64,000 nt of DNA from Lingula anatina (Eukaryota; Animalia; Brachiopoda): contig CM120641.1 in NCBI GenBank assembly GCA_051362555.1, forward strand, positions 7,068,001 through 7,132,000. The letters run 5' to 3'. The notes under the pieces were generated by a model. That model saw only the letters and a program-made list of their open reading frames with translations, was not told the origin of the DNA and did not search any database. The translations under genes were made by a program, and so were the position numbers. Shown piece by piece: positions 24,314-36,806 of the stretch (position 1 is the stretch's first letter; every line of letters starts with the position of its first letter).

Positions 24314-25410
24314 TTATAATAATAATGCTTTATTCATACTTTCTGCACCAGACTGAGCTGGTGAAAATGTACATAGATAAGGTAATAGCAGCAATAATAA
24401 TGATAATAGTATTAGTAAAATACATAGATAAATAGCACCAAAATTACACATATAGAAATGTACCAATGTTTTCTACTATGTAAACTAAACCTTCGTATTT
24501 ATAGTAATTATTGATAGACATCATGAAGTGGTAGATGTAGCACAGTTTCTTTTGTTAAAAGCAAGGTTAAGGAATTTGGCCAAAGATATTATCACTGTTT
24601 CGTTTGGGTTGTTCATTATGAAGTGGAATTTATCTTTGTTGTTTAAATGTGTAAAGCATGTGTGGCTGCTTTGTATTATTTGAAAGAGTTCTTTTCTGTG
24701 TTCTGTATACAGAGGGCAGGTAATTAAGAAGTGCTCTTCATCCTCTATAACTCCAGAGTGGCAGATTTGGCATTTTCTTTCTTCAACTGGTGTTGGTTTA
24801 CCCTTGACGTGGCGACCTGTTTCTATGTGCAAATTGTGGCTGCTGATACTGAATTTGGTTAGGGTTTGACGTTTTTCTTTATCTTGTATTATATCAAGGT
24901 ATTTTTCTTTCTCAAAATGAAGTTTGAAAGTTTTATACCTTCTCAATTTGAGATTTTCTTGTGATATCCTACTATGCCAAAGTTGTATACTACTGTCTCT
25001 AAGTCTAACACTAAAATTTTTCATGAAGTTTTTGTCTACTTTCTGTTTGAGCCATACATCTCCAAACCCATTTTCTACAAGAATTTTCTTTACTCCTTCA
25101 CTCCATGACATACTATGGCGTGTGTTATGAAGGTTAGTATTTGACAGAAGATCAAAGTGTTTTAGTTCATCTAAGTATGCCCATTTTAGTAGAACACCGT
25201 CATCTAAGTGTAAAATTTTGACCCAGTATTTGATTACTTGTATTTGGATTTTTGTGTAGCTTGGCAGGTGCCCAAGTTCTCCTCGGACAGCATAATTACA
25301 AGACTTAGAATGCACCCCTAAAAGCTGATTGCAAAATTGAAGATGTATTTTTTCTGTTGCCGATTTATCATTGAATGGAGTGAACCCCCATATTTCTGCT
25401 CCATATATAG
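24314..25410 (-). mobile_element. 5'-truncated non-LTR retrotransposon (RTEX/Daphne-like ORF2 C-terminus)
   Basis: Open frame YGAEIWG...AVRGELG...IKYW...KLRRYK...SSHNLHIETGRH...RKCQIC...EDEEHFLITC (CCHC knuckle), stop at 24521, then AATAAA (24329-24334) and an (ATT)n tail. Confidence 0.85.
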
Positions 25411-25794
25411 TTTATACATAAATTATTCTAGTTTACGTATCCAATGAGGGTAATTTTATCCTTAGAATTTGATAGTTTACTTATGATTGTGGAAAATAAC
25501 CCTCTGCTTTTTTTGCCACCATTTTTTGCGACAATTAACAAAGTCAAAGTCATCCCTTCCTTTTTTTTTTTATTCTCATGAGTGCATCTATATTCTCTGG
25601 ATTGAGTCTATTTCTTAGTGCAGTTGTAATTAAATTTTGGGCTGAAAAACTTCTTTCACAATCAGCTATGTGCACTGGATGTGTCAGTGCCAAAGAGGCT
25701 AAAGCTTCGTTTACATGGAAAGTCTATTTTCTAAAAATCTATTTTCTATTCGCAGTATCTTATGATCATGGTCTGTGCCCTGAATATCCCGCAG

Positions 25795-25867
25795 CGTAAT
25801 TACTGGCAGCACGAGCCAGTTACTTAAAGTAACTTATAGTAACTGGCTCGCGCTGCCAGTAATTACG
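25795..25867. repeat. 73-bp near-perfect palindrome (mini-MITE)
   Basis: cgtaattactggcagcacgagccagttact ... agtaactggctcgcgctgccagtaattacg; 30-bp arms with one mismatch. Confidence 0.85.
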
Positions 25868-26159
25868 TGATTGTAGATGTCTTTAAGATAGTTGTCCCTA
25901 TGGCCATTGCATTAATGAAATTATTGTCTCGATCTACAAAGAGTACAGCACGTTTTTCACTGTCATAACTTAACCACTGCCCATGCTTAGATTTCCAACC
26001 TTGCTGGAAGACAAGACTGGTACTAGCTGTCACTGTGACATCGTTTTGCAGCGTAGGTATTCCCTCTGTTGCCATTGTTGCCTCCGGCAGTGAGTTTGTA
26101 CATCCCAAAAAATCTGTAATTTTCACCCTTTTCGCCATCACAGGTATTGCACGCCTCAT
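25868..26159 (-). pseudogene. hAT-type TTF zinc-finger N-terminal remnant
   Basis: FQQGWKSKHGQWLSYDSEK...NNF...GTTILKTSTI resembles ZNF862/hAT N-terminal TTF domains; the Cys ligands are lost. Confidence 0.45.
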
Positions 26160-26717
26160 GGACTTGTCTAAAATCAGAAACTGAGACAGACTGTGAATGT
26201 GTCTAAAATGTTATGATTGGTTGCTTATAAGAGAAACGAACCAATTGGCGATGTGCTTTCATTATTAAGCGTCGCAATGAACATTGGATAGAAACGCAGC
26301 GGAACTAAGTAAACAGTGTGTTTTACTTGATAAAGCCAACCTTATGTTGACCACCTTATTTCTAAGTCTGGCCATGACCAGTGTCATGACCAGTGTGCAC
26401 CACATATTCGACATAGCATTCCTGGAAACACCAAAAATACCAGTACACATGCACTAGACCTAAGACATATCGGCAAATTGATACTGTCCAGTGGAGATTT
26501 ATAGGGTTATAGAACTGAACTGGGGGGGGGGGTCTCAAGTGTAAATCTGGACTTCCTACAAAAAGTTTCCATTTTTGAATTTTGATTTTTTGCTAAATAA
26601 ATATCCAATAAATATCTAACATTATAATTTAGCCTAATTTAAATCTATAATCAATGATACTCTAGGGTTATACGAGAGTAGCTAACGTTATACTGATATT
26701 CAATTGTCTTAGACATT

Positions 26718-26975
26718 TTAACGTGAAAAAAACACACCCTTCTCATCAGCAGTCACCTGCAGCCATGCATACGTAGTAAGCCATGTGGGGTCGACGCCCG
26801 TTTTTCTTTTTTTCCGATCCTTCAGCTTTTTCAATTTTCCATGGTCTTCTGTTACAGCCCTGATATTACTGGACACAGCAGTGTCAACGAGGTCCACCAT
26901 GGCAGACCAAATGGGGTCATTATCTTGATTCCTTTCAGGAGATTGATCTGCAGTACCAGTGGACGTGAGCTCCAC
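26718..26975 (-). pseudogene. Further TTF-like transposase N-terminal remnant
   Basis: KKRKTGVDPTWLTTYAWL shows the W-x3-[YF]-x-W-L pattern of TTF zinc-finger starts. Confidence 0.35.
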
Positions 26976-27045
26976 GTGTGTTTGTTTACCAACTTTAGGA
27001 ACCGCGTGAAAGAATTTTGTAATATTATGCGAGCGCGCAACGTCT

Positions 27046-27356
27046 TTGGTGCGAGAGGGCGAAAAAAAAAACAGTCCAAAAAAAAATATATACTGCTTGT
27101 AAAGGAATGCTTTCAGTTCACAGCTGGAAACACAAATTTACCACAGAAACACGTATAAACTAGCAATATGTCTTTATCCATGCTCTCAAAATATTAAAGC
27201 ATTGTGAATACTTTGTAAAAGGTAAAAAAAGTCATGAATAGATATGCTGCATATTACCAAATCTATTTAATAAGGTTACTTCATGCATTTTGTTGGTATA
27301 GCAATCAATAAACAAAACGCGCAGGATGTCATCCATAAAAATAAAAAAGTGTGGCC
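27046..27356 (-). mobile_element. Deleted, inverted relative of the 30096-31644 TIR element
   Basis: gcgcaggatgtcatccataaaaataaaaaagtgtggcc|taa end, and 27046-27090 is the reverse complement of about 31545-31594. Confidence 0.75.
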
Positions 27357-27371
27357 TAAATGCACTGTAGC

Positions 27372-29230
27372 TAGGGAGGTCATGTCAACTTTGACAGAAA
27401 CGTAAATATCAGCCAAAATGATCTTATCTGATAGAGAAATTCATCAGCTTTCCAAAACATTTTATTTTTTGAAAATCAAGCAAGCCAATCAAAAGTTATT
27501 TAATTTAAAAGAATGCTAGTCGGCCACAAAATTTTGAAAATGTCTTATATGCAAGCATATGTAACAGTAGAAGCCAAAAGTGTCAGCTAATTGCCCAATC
27601 AATTAAACAAAATTGGCATAACTTTTGAATGGAGTAAAATATCCATTTGAAATTTTCTGGAAAGTTACCCTATGCCAAGAAGAATCTGTCAAGAATTAGT
27701 TTTATGTAATTTATCCATTATTTCCATGGCAACTGTTGATAAATATCAATAGCGATCAATACTATTTATTATTTTTCAAATTTAAAGCTTCAGCATCACT
27801 GCCCAAAGGCTACTTTTTGATGTGAAAGATTCTAAAAAATGTGCCATCACTAAAAACAAAAATAATGGCTTGTAATGTATCTGTTGCTATGTGAATAGTC
27901 ATTATGATAGCTGTTGCTATGGTAACAGTTTGAATTATTTTTTAAACAATTACCATTATTTTTTAACATAATATGAAGTGGGAAAAACTCTTGGTACTCA
28001 ATTTATGAATTTAAGTTAAATAGTAAACAAATACCATGTCACTGTTGCCATGGCAACCAATATTACAATGACAATTGCATGTACAATTTTAAGGTTTAAC
28101 AAGCAAAAATTGCCAGAATGCACGATGAAAATAAGTAATATCCTATTTTGGTCAGTTGTCATTTTACCAAAAAATTTTAATTGATATTGGACATCATAGC
28201 AGCTAGGTAATACAAAAACCAGCGAGAATTTTTGGAGAGACTGCCATAACGTAATGGCAGTTTTAGGAATTTTCTTTTTTTTTTATTTTTGTTAAGCAAA
28301 AATAAATAGATACTACTTTTGTTCACTTTGTTTGACTGTCATTAACCATTATAGAGTTTTACATATCTCCATGATTTCAATTAGATTCCCTTTTTTATGA
28401 TCACTAACGAGTTCAAATGTGAAATAAACATTAGGTCCATTAATATCTTACATAATATCATACTTTGTTTGAAAAATAAAATAAACTGTATATTCTTGAA
28501 TTGCACACGTTTTGTCAATATCCTTGGGTTTCGTGAACAATTTTAAGATTTTCTGATTAGATATTCTGATATTTTGATCCTCTTTGGGTGCTGAAAGTGT
28601 AGTTGCTTTTTTATCAGCAGAACAGCTTGGTGTGTTCACCATTTTGTTTGCGGTAAGATCAAACTCACTTATTTTCTAACAACTGTTACGGCTCGGTCTT
28701 ACCAAAAAATAATAAATAAAAAACTGATTTGAACAGAGAATTAGTTAAAATATCTCGGTAGGGGTTACAGAAGTTAGAACTTCTTTACTCTAAATCTAAA
28801 ACACGATTAAAAACTTTACAAGCTAGTTTTGGTTGCCGTTTTCCCTTAGTGGAACTTCTGTAACCCCTCAGTTGAACGCTTGATTCATCTATATGTTCAA
28901 ATACGAGGAAATAACATCCGGGATGCCGTACGGAGCTTTTGGAAAAATGGCGCGAACCATGCATGTTGAGCAAAATTCGTAAATAGTGGAAACCAAACGA
29001 GGAAGTGAAATCACCAGCAATTTCTCACAGCATTTTCATGTCTGGGGGCTTACAACGGAGAAATGATACATTGTAATACATATTGTTAGAAAGCCCATTC
29101 AATGCACTTTATAAATATATTTTCATATTTATCATAGGACCCAAATCTTGGAAGTTATGATGGAAAACAAACAGTGAGGTTAGATTTTTCCCGTTTTCGA
29201 CCGTGTGAGCGGTGTGACCTGACCTCCCTA
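27372..29230. mobile_element. Non-autonomous DNA transposon with TAGGG termini and 7-bp TSD (hATw-like)
   Basis: TIR tagggaggtca ... tgacctcccta; exact direct repeat ctgtagc at 27365-27371 and 29231-29237. Confidence 0.85.
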
Positions 29231-30095
29231 CTGTAGCAGTAGTTTTGTCATTTTAAGATTAAAGTTTCTTACAATTGATGGAAACAATTGCAGTAGGGGG
29301 AATCAAATAAAGCTGGAGGGAAGGTACGTAACCGCTAACCCTACCACAGTGAATTTCTAAAGAAATTAGGTGGAAATGTGGTACTGGAATCCAAACAGAA
29401 AAGGGGGGGGGGTAGCGTTACACTGCCCCCAACCTTTTAAATTTGATTCTCCTGAATCAAAGTAATTAAGACTTCGTTGTAAGTTTAACAAGACTTTATT
29501 GACTTTTTTGCTTTTGGCTTCTTTTTGTCTTAAAACTGTTCATCTTTCTCTCTATTTTTTTTCTTCTATTAAAAATAATATTTATTAAAAATAATATCTA
29601 TTTCCCCATCTTCCTCCTTTACTTCTCTCTGGCTCACTATACTGGGTGGTTTCTCTTCCTCTTCCTCCGACGAACTTGGGTGTTCGTCTTGTTCAGGGGG
29701 TGGTCCTGCTTTCAAATTTCTTCCATTTGCCCTGGGGCTGGAAATAGGGGACGGGGCTACCCTCGCCTCCTCCCCAGTCTAGGGCTGCTGGGCTCTTCCT
29801 CTCATCCTCTCATCCATCCGCAGAACATGCTTGCGTTTAAAATGTTCTGCCAACACACAGTTTTCTACAAATTTTAAACCGCAGTAGCAGCTTCTCTTTT
29901 GTTGCACGTGCTATCCAAATCCTGCCATTTTTGCTTTTTATCTTTTGCATTCCTTTTGAACTGAGAAACTGAATATATTCTAAAAGGAAGTTGAAAATAT
30001 TTTGCAAAAAAAGTTGTATAAATAGAGTGGAACATATTAAGCATTTAAAAAAGGCAAGTTCACCATGTCCATGCAGATCTAAGTACTTTACTTAA

Positions 30096-31644
30096 GGCCA
30101 CACTTTTTTATTTTTACGGATGACATCCTGCGCGCGCAGCGATTTTCGTCCGTTCTCCAAAAAAAAAAAATAATAATAATCCCCCCCCCCCCCCCCCCCA
30201 AGGAAGTCGGTTGTCGAAAACGTCGTTATTGAATTTGCCGGAAAATGCAATCGGCAATCCTCTGCTAATTCCGCAAGCTCCATACTCACTCGGCTCACCG
30301 TCGATTGATTCCTGCGTCATCATATCTCGGCCGTATGACAGACGTCGCCATTTTGGAAGTAGTGCAAACTACTCTAGATACCCGGATGTAAACAATAATA
30401 AACATGGCGGCGCCCTGACAGGACATTCAGAACTCCTTCGAACAATATCCTCAGTGTTTCCAGTTGTTTTTCACGTAGTTTGAAGTCTTGATCTTTAAAA
30501 AGTGGGCAGTGCATATTCAATACATTCATCGAATGACGCCATATTTGTTAGATCCACGTGTTTTGGGGGAACTATATTGTTTTGATTGCGGTATACATTA
30601 GTGATGCGGCGCCGTCCATCAGGGTTCTTGACCTGATCACATATGTTGTGCGTAGGCGACATTTTTTACTGTCATACATCCGAGACTTGTTTCAAGGCGT
30701 TCGGAAGATAGCCGGAAATTGTCGAGGAGTTCCGAATGGCTCCATACTGTCATTGTTGACTGCGGAGACATCCGAGTAGTTCCAAGTGCGGAAAATGAGC
30801 TTTCTGCGCATGCGTATTATCACCACGTGGAAAAATGGCCGCTTTGCCGTCAAATTCATCTCTAGCATTAATTTCAAAATACACGACAATTAAAGTCATA
30901 AGGAGAACGGGGGCCGTCGTTTTGGATTGGTTTGCCATTGATATTGGACATGGAGATATCACCCTTTTACAATTATATTAACTGCTGACCGCGGCCAGCG
31001 ATCGTTGCCTGGAAAATTTCAGTGACATTCTGTCCAAAGCAGCACATACCAGTTTTTTTTTTTGTAGCGAAAAAAGGGTCGACAAGAGCGTCGTGGTATT
31101 TGGTGGACTGAAGGTCGGACAGGCCACCCGATAGTTGGCTGCTACGTGTGAGTCGAAGTAGACAAAATGGCACCGACCGAAATTACTTTTTTTAGATTTG
31201 GTAGTAGGAAGCATAGGCCTATCTTTGCTTAATTTTTTTAACAATTCTGTGAAGTGTTTACAATGCTTTAATTTATTGAGAGTACAAATAAAGACACGCT
31301 GTTTATTTGATATTTGTTTTATTGATTGCTATACCAACAGAATGCATGAAATAACCTGAAATAGATTTGGTAATATGCAGCATATATATTCATGACTTTT
31401 TACCTTTCTACGAAGTAGGCCCTATTCACAATGCTTTAATATTTTGAGAGCATGGATAAAGACATATTGTTAGTTTGATACGTGTTTCTGTGTTAAATTA
31501 GTGTTTCTAGCTGTGTACTGAAAACATAACTTTTCTTAAGAAGTTTTTTTTTTTGGACTGTTTTTTTTTTTTTTTTTTTCGCCCGCTCGCACCGATTTTG
31601 GGGTCCCCAGAGGATGTCATCCATAAAAATAAAAAAGTGTGGCC
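30096..31644. mobile_element. 1.55-kb TIR DNA transposon with 3-bp TAA TSD
   Basis: taa|ggccacacttttttatttttacggatgacatcct ... aggatgtcatccataaaaataaaaaagtgtggcc|taa; about 34-bp TIR with one mismatch. Confidence 0.88.
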
Positions 31645-32099
31645 TAATGCATATATTAGGAAACAAAACTAAAAAATATTTTTGAAATTGCCATATAATT
31701 TACAAAGAATAACAGTATTATTGGGTACGAAATTATCATGGAATTAAGATTTAAAAGAATGCAGCGAAAGAAAATTTAAGCATGCCTGTCTGTTATTTCA
31801 GTCCACTTTCTCTGCTTGGTTGACGCAGTCACAACTGAAGAAAATTTAGCAAACAAATAATCCTTAAATGAATGTACAAAGTCAACTAGAATCTCATTCT
31901 CTGAATTTAAAAAACTAGCATGGCCAAATTCTCAAAAGTTTTCTTAGTTTTTTCTACATGCAGTACTGCTGACAATAAAATGCTTTGCACACATTAATGC
32001 ATGGTACCCCTTTCTGCATACATACCGTTTTGTAAAAAGAAGGTGGGATGACGAATATGTTCTTCTCACATCTACTTGATCATGTGCGAAAGACCCAGC

Positions 32100-33275
32100 A
32101 ACAATTGTGTTCCATGTGGCCCTGTCCCCTAGAAATGCATTTACCTCCTTGAAGTACAGCATGTCCACCTGGCCCCTACCAGACCTGTTGTTGTGTACCT
32201 TCACTTTTCGGTAGTGCTTTGTGAGGTTACGGATCTTGTTCCCTATTAACTTGATAAGTGGAAAAATGTTTTTCCTTTTGGCTTGAAACTGATAGAAGTG
32301 ATGAATATTTATAAAAAGTGGGTTTGAGTTTTAAGGTTATGCTGTTTTTTATTTGCTGTTCTTAGCATGTCAGCAACACTGATAAGAGGGCAATTTCAGT
32401 AACTCTCTTCATACCTTCCAATGAACTATCCATGATAACAACAGGTCTAGTAGTGGCCCTGCCCTCTAGAATAGCATCTAACTCCTTGAAGTACGTCCGT
32501 ACAATATGTCCACCCGGCCCCTACCAGACCTGTTGTTATGGTCTTTCTGTTTTCAGTAGTGCTTCGATTATGGATCTTGTTCCGTATTTCTCTTTCAGTA
32601 TACAGAACATTGAGTTCATCCTGAAAAATGTATGGTTTATCTGGAAAAGCTTCACACATGAGCACGCAGTAGTAATACCCCCCTCCCCCCCCCCCCCCCC
32701 ACACACACACACCTCCATGATGTAATCCCTCAGTTTCAAGGCATGTTTACCAAAAACTAACATAAAACGCTTAAAAAATGCCAAATAAAAACCCACCCAT
32801 TACATTTAATTTATTTCCTTTCAGATATACATGTAGGATTATCACAGGTGACAAAATTCACAGTGATAACCTACCTTTATTCTTAGCCCTATTTCTCGGA
32901 AAACCGTTTTATTTTTGGTGCTTCCTTCCAGTTTTCTTTGTATTTCACTTTACGACCATATGGCCAGGAGGGCCTTGACAGCCTCTTCAGACCACAATGC
33001 TCTTTTGCTGCTACTCATTCTGTCACCCATGGCTGCGAGGATTTCCTGCGAACGAGGTCACTGTGAATTGCCCACTTGTGTGCGTGCGCTTCATACGTAG
33101 ACATCCGGTCTTGACCGCGATTCAGAGTTAATTTCGATTTAACCCAGGTCCCGATCTGGGTTTATTTCGACCACGGTTAGGGGTACGTCGTCCGTTCACA
33201 TTAGAAAAGTTAACCGCGATAGGACCAAGGTTAGGCCTTGACCGTGGTCGAAAGTTCTAGTGTGAATGGGGTATA
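32100..33275 (-). mobile_element. Harbinger-type element remnant with Myb/SANT (trihelix) pseudogene
   Basis: Exon 32875-33030 reads MGDRMSSSKRALWSEEAVKALLAIWS*SEIQRKLEGSTKNKTVFREI (in-frame stop, GTAGG donor). Downstream pieces read TEREIRNKI..HNNRSGRG..FKE.DA.L..R. A terminus agtgtgaatggggtata and subterminal gaccgcga/gaccgtgg repeats lie at 33100-33275. Confidence 0.75.
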
Positions 33276-34486
33276 TGTTTCTTTTTTTTACAATTTGGGA
33301 TTGTATCTCTAAATCTTTCATTTGCTTTGTCTTGACCAGTTCTAGTTTTGTTTAAATCCTGAAGAGATTCTTTGCAAACTTCTATTACTATCTGCAAAGT
33401 TTTTTCTTTAATTCACTGTCCTCTAACTTACCCTTCAAAGCGTTATTAGTATTTTTCAATAGACAGGACAATTGATTGTGTCATTTGTCTTTTCATCAAT
33501 TATTGTATGTCTTGCATTATGCAAGATGAAATCTAGAAATATAAACACGAGTGAATAATCTACTCTAAAATTTAAAAGGTAATATCTTTAAAGTGTAAAA
33601 AAGTTTTCGTTTGTTTGTTTGCTTGTTTGTTTGTTTGTTTGTTTAAAAAGACAACATCATGTCCTTAACATCACAATTCAGACAGAAATCTAAAAATCCT
33701 GATAGACATCAGCAAAAATAAAATATTAAGTTTTGGTTCAACAGCAAAAGGTCTGTGCACTGCTCTACCATATCATTCCTGTCACACTATTACCCACTGA
33801 CATCTGGTTTTGGCTCAGCTAGTTTTTAAGGTCTGATAAAACTTGATCTACTGTTGAAGTCATCACCAAACATATTATTGACTGATGGTCTAAAGCATGT
33901 TTTTTTGTTCAATCAAAGTACAATAAAAGAAACATGTAATCTATCAAAGGACAAACAATATGGCAAATTACAGCAATGTTGCAAATTTTGATGTAATTTT
34001 GGAGAACATTGACATAAAGATTTTTAAAGTACATGATAAGGCAATTATTGAATTCCCATACAGTCAATATGTTGTTTTGCAGGCCTCAGCCAAAGTCAAT
34101 AATTATATATAACCCTATAATATTCCATATTGTACACTTTAGATCATATATTCAAGTATATGGAAACATGCAAATACTTTTAACTGAATTTCAGTTTCTT
34201 TTTTATTGAACTAATAGAAAGAAAGGGCTCAATTTTCCAATTTTTCATCAAATACATTTAAAGCTGACTATGGTATCTGATTTTGAGCACTCCAAACAGT
34301 TTTTTAATTTTAAAATGTAATGTGACTAGACCATCCAAGTCATTTACCTAGATAGACTAGTCACCTAGTAAAAGGTTTGCCTTTAAAATTTACCACTTAA
34401 GTTCAAGAATTTGATTTATATAGATATATTTGAAAAGTTTCACAAACTTACTTAAATGACTAGACCTTTGTCTCTGTCTCCATTAC

Positions 34487-35545
34487 TTTTGTATAGACTC
34501 TAGTGTCCAGGGACAAAGCATGTGTCCTGTCAACGTTTACAGTAAATGTATATCCTATATATTATTGGCAGATAAAATTGTCGTATATTCAGCTACGTGG
34601 TATTTAAAATAAACTTTAAATTTTAATTTGTGGGGTCTGTTGTTTATTGCAAATGAGGAAATAAGTACAAAACTAGAGGATGGTCCATTTATACATTAAG
34701 TGTTGCAGCGGCTGGTTTTGTCTTGCTGACCCATTTTGTTACATCGGCCACATTGGGAGGATTCTTCTTTTGCTAGTCTTTATTTCTGGCAGTAAGGTAT
34801 TCCTTAACAAAAGAAGCTGGGAAAGATAATAATTTTGGTAGTGCTTTGTGAGGTTACGGATCTTGTTCCCTATTAACTTGATAAGTTGAAAAATGTTTTT
34901 CCTTTTGGCTTGAAACTGATAGAAGTGATGAATATTTTTAAAAAGTGGGTTTGAGTTTTAAGGTTATGCTGTTTTTTATTTGCTGTTCTTAGCATGTCAG
35001 CAACACTGATAAGAGGCCAAGTTCAGTAACTCTCTTCATACCTTCCAATGAACTATCCATAATAACAACAGGTCTGGTAGTGGCCCTGTCAATAGAATAG
35101 CATCTAACTCCTTGAAGTACAATATGTCCACCTGGCCCCTACCAGACCTGTTGTTATAGTCTTTCTGTTTTCAGTAGTGCTTCATGAGGTTATGGATTTT
35201 TGTATAGACTCTAGTGTCCAGGGACAAAGCATGTGTCCTGTCAACATTTACAGTAAATGTATATCCTATATATTATTGGCAGATAAAATTGTCGTATATT
35301 CAGCTACGTGGTATTTAAAATAAACTTTAAATTTTAATTTGTGGGGTCTGTTGTTTATTGCAAATGAGGAAATAAGTACAAAACTAGAGGATGGTCCATT
35401 TATACATTAAGTGTTGCAGCGGCTGGTTTTGTCTTGCTGACCCATTTTGTTACATCGGCCACATTGGGAGGATTCTTCTTTTGCTAGTCTTTATTTCTGG
35501 CAGTAAGGTATTCCTTAACAAAAGAAGCTGGGAAAGATAATAATT
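34487..35545. repeat. A-B-A duplication: 348-bp direct repeats around a copy of 32210-32576
   Basis: 34487-34834 equals 35198-35545 with one visible substitution; 34837-35197 is a diverged copy of 32210-32576. Confidence 0.92.
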
Positions 35546-36197
35546 GTGCAATAAAATTGGAAAGAAAGAGAAAAAAGATGAAGACTTTTCTCACATCAGA
35601 TTTTCTCGACAGATTTTCTTGACTCTACGCATCCTTCAACAGTTTACCAATATTCGTATTTGATAGTTTATTTTGATTTGAGAGAAAGAGAGAGAAGACC
35701 CTCTACTAAGGCCACAAATTAATTATGTGTATTTTTCTTCAGCACAAGAGATTGTGTAGTGAAAAATCAGTCTGTAACTCTGGTAGAGGGTAGCCTTTGT
35801 GTGTGTAATGATATACGAGTTGGGGACAGGGGGTGCAATTTTATAGTACAATTATTCTATTGAGATTCTCTTTATAATTTGTTCAGTGTGCATGAATATA
35901 TTTACCAGCTGAAAAATAATGTGATAATGTAATGGATTTTTTATTCATTATTCATTTTATTCCTTAACTACTTGACTGAACCTGATTATTACATGTAGCC
36001 CAATTAATCAGTCAAAAAGATATCAAAACCTAAAACTAAAAAGACGAATTCATCAATAATTTTACTAATAACATCTGTGCTAGAGGGTTCGTTTCATATA
36101 CAGCAATTGTGCAAATTTTGAGTCTTAGTTGTGAGTGCCTTTAATCATAAGATGGCCTTAGAAATAGAGTAAGACAGGCCTACATTTTGATAATTTC

Positions 36198-36473
36198 CAG
36201 GCCTACCCAACTACCAGACTTGGCACATAAGGATCCTGAATTAACTGGTATATCGGACCACACTACCCGTTTTCAAGATGTATGTTAGATCGCATTTTGG
36301 AGTATCAGTCAGAACACTGACAGGATGAGCCTGCAGTCATCCTACAAAATTTGTTCTGGGGTATGACATTCCGAAATGTGATCTGACACACACCTTGAAA
36401 ACGGGTAGTGTGGCCCGATGTATCAGTTAATTCAGGATCCTTATATGCAGAGTCTGGTAGTTGGGTAGGCCTG
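36198..36473. mobile_element. MITE with about 110-bp TIRs and 5-bp TSD
   Basis: atttc|caggcctacccaactaccagact ... agtctggtagttgggtaggcctg|atttc. Confidence 0.88.
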
Positions 36474-36806
36474 ATTTCTAGTCTTTTAATAACCTTAATA
36501 CCGTTTCTTGCCATTCATTTTAACACCGTCCGAGCCATTGAAAAGTTTTTTGCTATGACACTAAAACTTCTTAACAGAATTTATATTTGTCACTAAGTCA
36601 GAAACTGTTCGAGGACATCTCTGTCGTGATCGCCATTTATATATAATTATCGAAGGCCATTTATAAGGCATGTACAGCAGTCTCAAAGGATGAGGAAGTT
36701 TCAAAATAAAGAAAATTATAAATGCTGTCACCAGCCACCATTATTGTTCCTGAAATAAACAGAGGCAATAATGATCTGTAACTGGTTTTTAATGGCTATG
36801 CGGTAT

